NCBI GenBank assembly: GCA_014905635.1
Contig: CM026547.1
Location: forward strand, 1,922,001-1,986,000
DNA length: 64,000 bases
Reading direction: 5' to 3'
Source: Scenedesmus sp. PABB004
Taxonomy: Eukaryota
Part shown: positions 24,436 through 34,683 of the stretch, piece by piece
How positions within the stretch are numbered: the first letter of the stretch is position 1
Layout of the letters: every line of letters starts with the position of its first letter
Translations under genes and position numbers: made by a program
Notes under the pieces: model-generated
The model's input: only the letters and a program-made list of their open reading frames with translations
Database searches by the model: none
What the model was told of the DNA's origin: nothing

Positions 24436-24768
24436 GCTTCGCCGCCGCCACCGCCGCCGCTCTGTGCGGCGTGCCCAGGGCTGCCGAGCTGAGCCAAGCG
24501 CTCGGGGCCGGCGCAGCCGCCGCGCCGCGCAAGGGGGCTCGGGCAGCGCCGGCCGCCGACGCCGCTGCCGGCGCGCGCGTGCAGGGTCCGCTGCGCCGCC
24601 GCCGTGGAGCGTCACCACGACGGCCGGCTGGTCTGGCGGGATGGGGAGGCTTACCTGGCCGCCTCCTCAACTGCTGCTGCTGCTGCCGAGCCCCCCGGCG
24701 CAGGCCGCGGCCTGCCCATTCCGGGTCCGCAACACGCCGCTCCGCCGGTCGCGACGCCACCGATCACG

Positions 24769-26526
24769 ATGGCCCTCGCGCAGCAGCGGCCCACAGCAGT
24801 CCAGCGCTGCGCTCCGCCGGCCCGCGCGCCGCGCCGCGTGCTGTGCGGCGCGACCAAGGCCTACCAGGCGCCGAGCACCGCGACCGGCGCCAATGAGCTG
24901 CAGGCGCTGGCGCGCGTGTCGAGCATTGTGCCGGACACGCTCATGCTGTCGGGCGGGCCCGTGAAGCCCAAGGCCGCGACCTCGTCCAGCCTGCTGCTGT
25001 CCTGGATCCTCAACAACGAGCAGCTCGGCATGAAGCCCTACCAGGTGCGCGCCGGGGCCCCGCGCGCCGGCGGGGCGCGGGATCTCCGCCCCGACACGCC
25101 GCCCCCGCACGCGCGGCGCGCCGCCAGAACGCCATCGCCGCGTCGCTCAACTACGACAAGTGCCTGGCCGCCAAGGGCGACGCGCGCCTGTCCTGCCAGC
25201 TGGTGCGGCGGCCGCGGCGGCGCGCGCTGCTGCCGCGCTCGCAGCAGCGGCCGGCGCGCGCTGATCTGGCGCGCCCCGCGCCGCGCGCCGCCGCAGGACA
25301 AGGCGCTGACCAACGTCGGTGCGCTGCTCTCCACCGAGGTGGAGGGCCGCGTGTGCACCGAGGTCGACCCGCGCCTGGCCAAGGACACGGGCGCGATGGT
25401 CGCCAAGGCGCAGGCGCTGGTGGCGCTGTACGCCGAGATGGGCGTCCCGACCAGCAAGCTCATCCTGCGCGTGCCGGGCACCTGGGAGGGCATCCAGGCC
25501 GCCGCCGCGATCGAGGAGCAGGGCGTCGCCACGCAGGTGTTCCACGTGTACAGCTTCATCCAGGGCGTCGCCGCGGCGCAGGCGGGCGTGAGCGTGGTGC
25601 AGCCCAACGTCGGCCGCACGCGCGACTTTTACAACAAAAACCCCGGCATCATCCGCGACCCCCACGTGAGAGAGAAACCCCGCGCGCCGCCCGCAGCAGC
25701 AGGCGGCGGCGGCGGCGGCGGCGGCGGCGCGGCGGCGGCGGCGGCCGGCGGCGCGCGCCCGACGGCGCGCCCCGCGCGCCGCGCCGCGCACGCGGCGCCC
25801 GCGTCCGCAGGGCCCGCGCGAGGACAGCGGCGCGAGCAGCCGCGTCGACCCGGGGCAGCGCCTAGCCAGCCAGCTCTACACCTACTGCAAGAAGGTGTGC
25901 GCCGGCAGCAGCAGCGAGCTGCGCCTCGGGAGGCGCTGCGCGGCGGCGCGCCCCGCGGGCGCCAGCACCTCACCCCCCAACCACACGCCGCCGCCGCGCA
26001 GTTCCACCCCAAAACCGCCGTGATGGCGTCGGGGCTGCGCACGAAGGACGGTGAGCCCGCCGCGACGACGCGCGGCCCCCTGCGCCCCCGCCGCCGCCCC
26101 CCGCCGCCGCCGCGCGCCCCCGTTGCCCTGCCGCCTCGCCGCCGCCCGTTCTCACGCGCACTCACACGCCGCACACGCGCGCGCGCAGACGCGCTGGCGC
26201 TGGCGGGCTGCGACTATCTGGTGCTGACGGCCAAGGTCATGTCCGACCTGGAGGCCAGCCCCACGCTCGCGGGGTACAACTCGGGGCTCAGCGCCGCGGG
26301 CGGCGCCGACGACGACGACGACGCCGACGGCGTGTCGCGCCCGCTCAGCCCCAGCGCCGCGGCGGCGGCCGACATGGCCGACGTCGGCGCGGTGAGCGCG
26401 GAGCGGTTCGAGGCCGAGCTCGGCCCGGCGGGGCGTGAGCTGCTGGGCGCGGGGCTGGCGGGGCTCGTGCGCGACGTCGAGACGGTGCTGCCCTACTTCA
26501 AGAGCATGGCCAAGGGCAGCGAGTAG
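24769..26526 (+). CDS. Plastid-targeted transaldolase-family protein (multi-exon)
   Basis: Transit peptide then IVPDT, GRVCTEVDPRLAKDT, LILRVPGTWEGIQAA, YSFIQGVAAAQAGVSVVQPNVGR, VMASGLR, ALAGCDYL. Confidence 0.88.
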   Translation: MALAQQRPTAVQRCAPPARAPRRVLCGATKAYQAPSTATGANELQALARVSSIVPDTLMLSGGPVKPKAATSSSLLLSWILNNEQLGMKPYQVRAGAPRAGGARDLRPDTPPPHARRAARTPSPRRSTTTSAWPPRATRACPASWCGGRGGARCCRARSSGRRALIWRAPRRAPPQDKALTNVGALLSTEVEGRVCTEVDPRLAKDTGAMVAKAQALVALYAEMGVPTSKLILRVPGTWEGIQAAAAIEEQGVATQVFHVYSFIQGVAAAQAGVSVVQPNVGRTRDFYNKNPGIIRDPHVREKPRAPPAAAGGGGGGGGGAAAAAAGGARPTARPARRAAHAAPASAGPARGQRREQPRRPGAAPSQPALHLLQEGVRRQQQRAAPREALRGGAPRGRQHLTPQPHAAAAQFHPKTAVMASGLRTKDGEPAATTRGPLRPRRRPPPPPRAPVALPPRRRPFSRALTRRTRARADALALAGCDYLVLTAKVMSDLEASPTLAGYNSGLSAAGGADDDDDADGVSRPLSPSAAAAADMADVGAVSAERFEAELGPAGRELLGAGLAGLVRDVETVLPYFKSMAKGSE

Positions 26527-26895
26527 CCAGCTGTGCGCAGAGAGCCGCGGACGGCGGCGCAGCGGTGCGAGGCGGCAGCGCGCGGCTCCCTCAACCCCCG
26601 CGCGCGGTTGCGGCGGCGCCGGCCATTGCCAGCGCCGAGTTGGTGCTGGGGCAGCATGGTAAACAGAGCCGGTCTCCAGCGGCGCTCGGACGGGCGTCGC
26701 CGCGTGTGGCAGCTGCGCGGGCGGCGGAGGCTCAGCGGAGCTTCGTCGTCGGAGGCGGCCGAGGTTCTCCTGTCGCGCCTGGCCGCCCCGCTCAGCGCCA
26801 ACGCTGCGCGCAGCTCTCCAGAACACACTCAGGGCGCTGGCGGAGCGCGCGGCCCTCTCCAGGCGCGCGTGCGGCGTCTCGCCAACGCGAGCGTA

Positions 26896-29800
26896 ATGGT
26901 GCTGCTAATCGCGGCGTTCGTCGCGGTCGCGGCCCTGGCGGCGGTGCTGGTGAGTGTGTCGCTCGCGCGATCCTGGCCAGCGCGCGAGCATGGCGGGGGC
27001 TCGAGCGCGAGGTGGCTACCTGCGGCCGCGCTGTCCCCTCGCGCCGCGCTGTCCCCACGCGGCCGCCCCTCCGCAGGGGCCGTGGCTGAAGGACCGCTGG
27101 GCCTGGCGCCGCGTGCCAGGTGCGGGCGGCGGCACGCGCGGCGGCGAGGTGGCTGGCCGCGGCTGGTGCCAAGCACGCGCGGCGGCGAGGTGCTGGCCGC
27201 CGAGCTGGGCTGGGGCTGAGCTGGCTAGGGCTAACCAGCCAGCCTGGATCTAGTCAACCAGCCAGCCCAACCCGGCTGGGCCGCGGGCTGGTGCCAAGCG
27301 CACGCCCGCGGCGCGCTCGCGCAGGCCCGTTTGCGCCGCCGCTGCTGGGCAACCTGGCGCCCATCAGCCAACTGGGGCTGCACAACTACATGCTGCAGTG
27401 CAAGCAGCGCTACGGCAACGTGTTCCGCATCCACGTCGGCACGCAGCCGATGCTCGTCGTGGCCGACCCGGAGCTCGCGCGGCGGATCCACTACCGCAAC
27501 CCCAACCGCACGCTGCGCGCGCAGCTGCGCGTGGGCGACGAGGAGGACGACATCGGGCGCCAGGGCCTCGTCGCCGCGCGGTGACCGCGGCGGCGGCGAG
27601 CGCGTGAGCTCGCCCGCGCGGCGCCGGCGCGGGCGCGCACTCACGCGCGCGCTCGCACGCATGCGCCGCAGGGACGAGGCGTGGCGCACGCTGCGGCTGG
27701 CGTGGCAGCCCGCGTTCCAGAGCGGCAGCCTGGAGGGCTATGCCGCGCTCATGGACAGCAGCGCGGCGGCGCTCGCGGCGCGCCTGCGCGAACTCGGCGA
27801 GGGCGGGTGCGCCCGGCCCGCGCGGCGGCGCGCCCGGCCCGCGCGGCGGCGCGCCCGCCGCGCCCCGCCGCGGGTGCGCGGGGGGCTCTGAGCGCCGCCG
27901 CCGCGCCGCGCGCCAGGCGTCCGGTCGAGGTGTGGCGCGAGCTCGGACGCATGACGCTGGCGGTCGTGGGCAGCACGGCGTATGGCGCCGACTTCCACAC
28001 GCTCGACAGCGGCAGCGAGGCGGCGGCGGAGGGCGCGGCGCTCATGCAGGCCTGCCAGGTGCGCGACCGCCTTGCCCCGCCCCGCGTCGCCCCGCCCCGC
28101 TCGCGCGTTCACGCCGGCGCGCCCTCGCCGACCCCCGACGCCGCCGCCGCCGCCGCTGCGCGCCGCGTCGTCGTGGTGCTGCTAGACCGTGTTTGCCACG
28201 AGCTCCATCTCTGGCGGGTCCATCTACATCCTCCTAAACGCCCTGCTCCCCCTGCCGCGCCTCGTCGGCTGGGCGGCGCGCACCCTGCCCGACGCGCGCC
28301 TGCGCGAGCTCACGCACGTGCGCGCCCGCGCCCGCGCCCCCGCCGGCCGCGCTGGGAGGGGGGGGGGGGCTGCGGCGGCGGGCGGGCGCCGCGGCGCGCG
28401 GGCGCCGACGGCCCTGCCGCCCGCCCAGTGGCCCGGTGCACACGCCCGCCACCGGCCGCGCAGGCGCGCCGCGTCATCACCAGCGTGTCCACCAAGCTCA
28501 TCGCCAGCTGGCACAAGGCGCATCCGGTCGCGCTCACCGCCGACGCGCGCGGCGCGGCGACCGGCGCGGCGTCCGCCCCCGCCGCGCCCGAGGCGGCGCC
28601 CGTGGTGGAGACCATTGCCGCCACGGTGGCCGCGCCCGCGCCGGGCGCCGCCCCCGGCGCCGCGGACGCCGCGCCGGCGCGCGACCAGGCGCCGGCGGGC
28701 GCCGTGTGCGCCGGCGGCGCCAAGGCGGCTGCGCCCGCCGGCGCGCAGCGGCGTGCGGGGCTGGGCGTGGCGCCGGGGAGCTTCATGGGTCTGATGCTCG
28801 GCGCGCGCAGCCGGGCGGACGGCACCCACCTCAGCGACAAGGCGGTGAGCCAGTCGCGCGGCGCGGCAGCGTCGCGCCCGCGCCCGCCGGGCGGCCGGCG
28901 CGCGCCCCGTCGCGCGCGCCAGGCGCGCGCCCTCCCGACGCCGCCCCGCCGCCCGCCCCCTCTCCCCGGGGCCCCAGATCTGCGCGCAGGCCAACACGTT
29001 CACGCTGGCCGGCTACGAGACGACCGCCAACACGCTCGCCTTCTGCCTGTACGGCATCGCCGCGCACCCGCGCGTGCAGGAGCGCCTGCTGGCAGAGGTG
29101 GACGCGTTTGGCCGCGACCGCGCCGTCACGTACGCCGACCTCGACCGGGTGCGCCGCCGCCGCCGCCGCCCCGCTGGCACCCCGCCCCGCCCCGACCCGC
29201 GCCCGCCCAGCCCCGCGGGCGCGCGCTGCGCTCGCCTGCGCCCGCGCCCGCGCCCGCGCGCTCGCCTGCGCCCGCGCCCGCGCGCGCGCCTGTGCCCGCG
29301 CCCGCGCCCGCGCCCGCGCCCGTCGGCGCCGCGCGCGCGCGCCCCGCCCGAGCGGCCCGCGCGGCGCGTGCGTCGCAGTTTCCCTACGCCGAGGCGGTCG
29401 TGCGCGAGGCGCTGCGGCTGTACCCGCCCGCGACGATGATCAACCGCGAGCTCAAGGCCGACGGCTTTGAGGTTATGCCACACGTGCGGCGCGGCGCGCC
29501 CGCGCCCGCGCGCGGCACACCAGGAGAGGGGGGGGGGGGTGACCACCAGGCCCGCGCGCCCGTGCTCTGTCCGTCGGTGTCGCGCGGGCCTCGCACGCTC
29601 TCTCGCGCCGCGCGTGACGCCGCGCCGCGCCGCGCCGCCGCCAGGTGCGCGTGCCCGCGGGCACCGCGCTCCTGACGTTTGTGTATGGCTACCAGCGCGA
29701 CCCGCAGCACTGGCCGCAGCCCGAGGCCTTCGCGCCGGAGCGCTGGCTGCCGGTGAGGCGCGCGCGCGCGCGCCTGCCGGCGCGGCCGGCGCCGCGCCGC

Positions 29801-30068
29801 GCGCCGCCGACGCCGCCGACGACGCCGCTCGCAGGAGGGCGCCGCGCTGGCGGCGCGCACGCCCGACGCGTGGACGCCGTTTGGCGCGGGCGCGCGCATG
29901 TGCATCGGCTGGCGCTTTGCGCTGCAGGAGGCCAAGATCGCGCTGGCGCGCCTGTACCAGCACCAGACCTACGAGCTGGAGCCCGGGCAGGTGCCGCTCG
30001 CGCTGCAGCAGAACATCACGCTCTCGCCGCGCAACGGCGTCGTCGTGCGCGTCGTGCCCCGGGCGTGA
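26896..30068 (+). CDS. Cytochrome P450, CYP711-clan-like (algal CYP743/744 type), multi-exon
   Basis: N-terminal anchor, PPLLGNL, AGYETTAN (I-helix), EALR (ExxR), PERW, PFGAGARMCIG heme motif. Confidence 0.92.
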
Positions 30069-30483
30069 GCACTGGCGCGCCGGTGTCGTCGTTGGACGTT
30101 GACGTTTGCCCTTGACACGTTGCGTTGACCCTGCTCTGACCGACCGCGGTGGGCGTCGTGTGCCGTGTGCGGCGCGTGCGTGCTTGAGTAGTGGGCGCGG
30201 GGGCGCACGCGGCCGTCGGCAGCGCGGCCGTCGGCAACCGCCGCTGATTCTGGCCGTCGGCACCGGCGCGCCACAGCCGCGCGCGCCCAGCAGCGCGCGC
30301 CAACCTGGCTGCTGTCGATCCAGGGGCGCCAATGCGTCGCGCGCGGCGCCACGCGGTCGGCCAGAACCGCGGCGGGTGCCGAAGCAGGTGCCGTCGCGCC
30401 CCCGGCGCTGCGCGCTCACTCCGCGCTGCGCCCCACGCGCGCGCCGCCTCGGCGCCACCTGAACGCAACTCGACGGCAGCGCC

Positions 30484-32502
30484 ATGCGCGCGGAGGCGCA
30501 CGCCGCCGCGGCGGCGGGTGGGGGCGCAGACGTCGCTGCCTTCGTTCACGCGGCGCCCAGCAAGGGCGTCTGCGCGGCCTACGAGGCCTCGACGCTGAGC
30601 TACGCGGAGCAGGCAGAGGCGCTCAGGGGGTGCGCTGACCTCGCGGTCATCTCGCGGCCGCACGCGAAGCCGTCCCTGGCCGCGCTGCTGCGCAACGACG
30701 CGGCGTCGCCCGTGCCCGGCTCCAGCGTCGTCACGGGTGCGGCGCATCCCGCCGGCCGATCTCAGGCCGCCTCCAGCGACCGCTGGCCGCGCTGCGCGCG
30801 GACCGCTGACCGCCGGCCGGCCGCCGCGCTGCGCTGCGCTGCGCGCTGCGCAGCCAAGGTGCAGCGGCCGCTGCTGGCGGTGCAGCCCGCGACGCTGAGC
30901 CGGGAGGCGGCCGACGCGCAGCAGCGCTTCGCCTTTTTCTGGCGCAAGGTCGGCTTTGTGCTCGTCCACGGCTTCAGCCTCACCGTGTTTTGGCACTTCA
31001 CCTGGCAGCGCCTCGCGCTCGCGCTGCTGGTGTGGTACATCCAGATCTCGTGAGCCCTGCCCGCCCGCCCGCCCGCCCGCCCGCCCGCCCGCGCCGGGGC
31101 CGCCGCGCCGCGGCCGCCCGGCCGAGCCCGCCCGCCCCGCACCCGCGGCGTGCCCCGCAGGTGGGGCATCAACGCCGGCTACCACCGCCTGCTCGCGCAC
31201 CGCTCGTACAAGGTGCCCCGCGTGCTCGAGTATTTCCTCTCCTACTGCGCGCTCTCCAGCCTGCAGGGCGGGCCCCTGGAGTGGGTCTCAAACCACAGGC
31301 GCGCCGGCGGCGACGCACGCCTGCGCACCGCGCCGCGCGCCACGCCTGTGCGCCGCGCGCGCGCTCACGCCGCACGCCGCCGCGCGGCGCGCCTTGCCTC
31401 GACCGCCCAGGTACCACCACAAGCACACGGACACGCCGCTCGACCTGCACTCGCCGTACGAGGGCTTCTGGCACGCGCACTGCGCCTGGCTGTTCGATGC
31501 CGCCGACACGGAGCGGCCCTACCTCGACCGCGCCAACGTGAAGGAGCTGGCGGAGCAGCCCTTTTACCGCGCGATGGAGGCGACCTACGTCCCACAGGCC
31601 CTCGCGCGCATGGCACTTACCTGGTGGCTCGCCGGCTTCCCCGCATTTGTCTGGAGCATGACCGTGAGCCTGCGCCGCCCTTGGCCGCCCCGCGCGCCGC
31701 CCTTGGGCGCCCCGCGCGCCGCCCTTGGGCGCCCCCCGCGCCGCCCTTGGGCGCCCCGCGCCGCCCTTGGGCGCCCCGCGCCGCCCTTGGGCGCCCCGCG
31801 CGCCGCGCCGCGCCCGCCACGCCGCGCCGCGCCACGCGCCAGCGCGCCCACGCTGCCCGGCGCTCGCGACAGGTGCCCATCATGCTGGGCTGGCACAGCA
31901 CGTTCCTGGTCAACAGCGCCTGCCACCTCTGGGGCGCGCAGGTGCGGGACGCGGCCGCGCGCGCGCGCGCGGCAGCGCGGCGCCGGCCCGCGCCGCCGCC
32001 GCCGCCGCCCACCCGCCTGTCCTGCCGCGCGCGCAGCACTACGACAGCGGCGACCTCTCGCGCAACAACCTGCTGGTCGCGCTGATCGACTTTGGCGAGG
32101 TGCGCGACTGCACGGCGGCTGGGGGCAGCGGGGCGCGGCGGCGGCTGGGAGCGGCCGCGCCGCGCGGCAGCGGCCTGCGCGCCTGCCCCCTCACCACCAG
32201 CCCGCCCCGCGCGCGCAGGGCAACCACAACACGCACCACACGTTTGCCTGGTCTGCGCGCCACGGACTGGAGTGGTGGCAGCCGGACGCCACGTGGCTGC
32301 TCATCCGCACCCTGCAGCGGCTCGGCCTCGCGTGGGACGTGCAGGTTCGGCGCGCGCCCCGCGCTGCGGCTTGCACGGCCGCGGCCAGCCCCCCGGGCCG
32401 GTCTGAGCGTGCTCCGGCGACCGCCCCCTGCCGCCGCAGCTGCCCACCGAAAAGCAGAAGGCGGCGCGGCGCAAGGCCGACACGAAGCAGATGGTGTGGT
32501 GA
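30484..32502 (+). CDS. Delta-9 (ADS/FAD5-type) acyl-lipid desaturase, multi-exon
   Basis: His boxes [56 protein letters not shown]. Confidence 0.92.
31672..31800. repeat. Intronic minisatellite, ~20-22-bp unit GCCGCCCTTGGGCGCCCCGC, about 6 copies
   Basis: Directly visible tandem units in a desaturase intron. Confidence 0.85.
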
Positions 32503-32819
32503 GGGGGGCGGGGAGCTGAGCCGCGAGCGGGCCTGGCGCGCCCTTGACACAGATAGGTTTGAGCCGAGCTGGCCAAGGGAGCAGTCGCGTGACTGCCGAC
32601 AATAACCGCACCGCGCGAGCGCCGCGGCGTGTGCAGCGTGCAGGCGTGCAGGGAGAGATTGACCAGACGCGGGGGCAGGGGAGCTGGCAGGTGTTGCAGA
32701 CTTGGATGCTGGCTCGCAGGTATTACTCCTCACTGGGCCTTGCTCTCTTGTAGGCCGCCCGCCGCGCCGGCTGCGCGCTTCGGCGGGGCTAGCCTAGCAG
32801 TTGCAACTTGGCTTGCGCC

Positions 32820-34302
32820 TCAGTCAGCGCGCGCCCGCGCCAGCAGCTCATCGCGCAGGGCGGGCACCGCCGCGCCCGCCGGCCGCTGCTGCCCGAGCGG
32901 CCGCCAGTTGAGCAGCGACGCCGGCGCCAGCCCCGCGTCGCCGACGCTGCCGGCGGTGCCCAGCGGCCGGCGGTCGGGACCGACGAGCTCGTACGGAGCG
33001 CCCGGCTCCCGCAGGCTCGCACGCAGCCAGTCGTGCACGCTGCTGAGCGGCTCCCGGACGTGGAAGATGCCCTGCAGGCACACGCCCTGCGCGCGCGCGG
33101 CGGCCGGGCGGGGGCGACCGCAGCGGCCGGCATCAGCGGCAAAGCCTGGCGTCGCCCGCGGCGCGCGCGCCGCGTGGCCGCACCTCGGGGAAGCGCGCCC
33201 GGAGCGTGGCGGCCGTTGGCGGCGGGCCGCCCGCGCGCCGCGCGGCCTGCCAGGCCCTGCTGGCAAAGACCTCGCCCGCCTTGCGGCGCCGGAGCGCGTC
33301 CATGAACTCGGCCTTGACCTCCGCCCCGGTGCGCTCGAAGAACCAGTCCGGCACCTCGGTGTCCGGCGTGGCGGGCAGCAGGACCTGCGTGTCCCGCTCC
33401 ACGCGCGGCGCCGCAGGGACGGCCTCCGCGGCAGCGGCGGCCGCCGCCGCGCCCGCAGGCGCCGCGCCGCCGGGCGCCAGCTGCGCCCCCTCCCGCGCCT
33501 GCGCCGGCCGCCGCTCCTGCTCCGCCGGCGCCGCCTGCTCCCGCTCCGCCGCCAGCGCGGCCGGGCGCGCGCGGCGCAGCTGCGCCAGCGCCTCGTGCAC
33601 TCGGGGCAGCGCCGAGTCGTCCAGGAACGCGGCGAAGCCGTCGTCGCCGCCGCCGCCCTGGGCGCCGAGGTCGTGGTGGTGGACCTCAAACCCCGCGGCC
33701 GCCAGGAAGCCGAGACCGCCCGGCACCGGCACCAGCGCGCCCGCGATCGTGGGGTTGGCCAGGCGCAGCTGGCGGAAGCGCGCCTCGCCCGGCGCGGCCG
33801 CGAGGTTGGCCAGCAGCTTGTCCAGCACGCGCATCGCGCCCGCCGCCGCCGGCGCCGGCTGCGCCGCGACGAGCGCCAGCTGCGCCGCCAGCTCGGTCGC
33901 CGCCGCCGCGGACACGCACGGCTGCGCGCTGGTGCTGGGCGCCTCCGGCGGTGCTGCCGCCGGTGCTGGCGCTGCGACCGCCTCCTGGCTCGGGCCGTGC
34001 GCCGACAGAGCCGCTCCCGACCCTACGCAGGCAGTGAAGGGACTGAACTCAGTCGCCGGGCGCAGCTGCTCCTGCTGCGGCGGCGCCGGCGCGCGCGCGG
34101 CCGCGGCGCTGCTGCTGCCGCCGCCGCCACCGCGCGCCGCCGCGGCGCGGCCGTGCGGCGGCGCCGCGCGCGCCGGTGGGTGCTGGGCGCCGGGCTCCGC
34201 CGTGCCGAGCCGGTGGCCCTGGCCGGAGAAGCCGCTGCTGCCCTTGTCCTTGCCCTTGCCCTTGCTGAGCAGGCCCTTGAGCCGGCCCTTGAGCTCGTCC
34301 AT
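32820..34302 (-). CDS. PUB + UBX domain CDC48/p97 adaptor (PUX2/UBXD1-like)
   Basis: FSGQGHRLG; PUB LDKLLANLAAAPGEARFRQLRLANPTI; VPDWFFERTGAEVK; UBX LRARFPE/GVCLQGIF..GLAPASLL. Confidence 0.85.
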
Positions 34303-34683
34303 CGCGCGACGCGTGGAGCGGGCGGCGCGTGGAGCGGGGCGTCGGCGGCGCGGCGCGGCGGGCGTCGGCGGCGCGGCGAGCGTGCGCCGCCTGGTGTGTG
34401 GCGCGGGCTTGGCGCGCCGGAAGACCCGGGCGTGGCGCTGCGCTCGCCCTGCGCACGTCCTGGACCCGGCGCGACGCGCCGCTGCCAAAAGCGCACGCCG
34501 CCGCTGTTCTGCGGCCGGCGCGGCCGTGCCGGAGCGCGCCCGCCGCCGCTCGGCCGGCTGCGACGGTGCCGACTCGCGATCGCAGCGCCGGGCGACGCCC
34601 CGCAGCCGGGGGGCCTCGCGCGAGGCCCACGCCCGCCGCGCGCGCTCGAGACGCCTCGCGTCGCGCCCGGCGCGTGCGGCGCG

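Noticed and set aside
27225..27270. AACCAGCCAGCC duplicated around TGGATCTAGTC in a P450 intron
   Set aside because: Too short and low-complexity to call a transposon footprint
31672..31800. Regular ~20-bp repeats (also 52394-52520, 45345-45400, 57505-57555) resembling a CRISPR array
   Set aside because: No unique spacers and no cas genes, in a eukaryotic intron/UTR context; simple minisatellites
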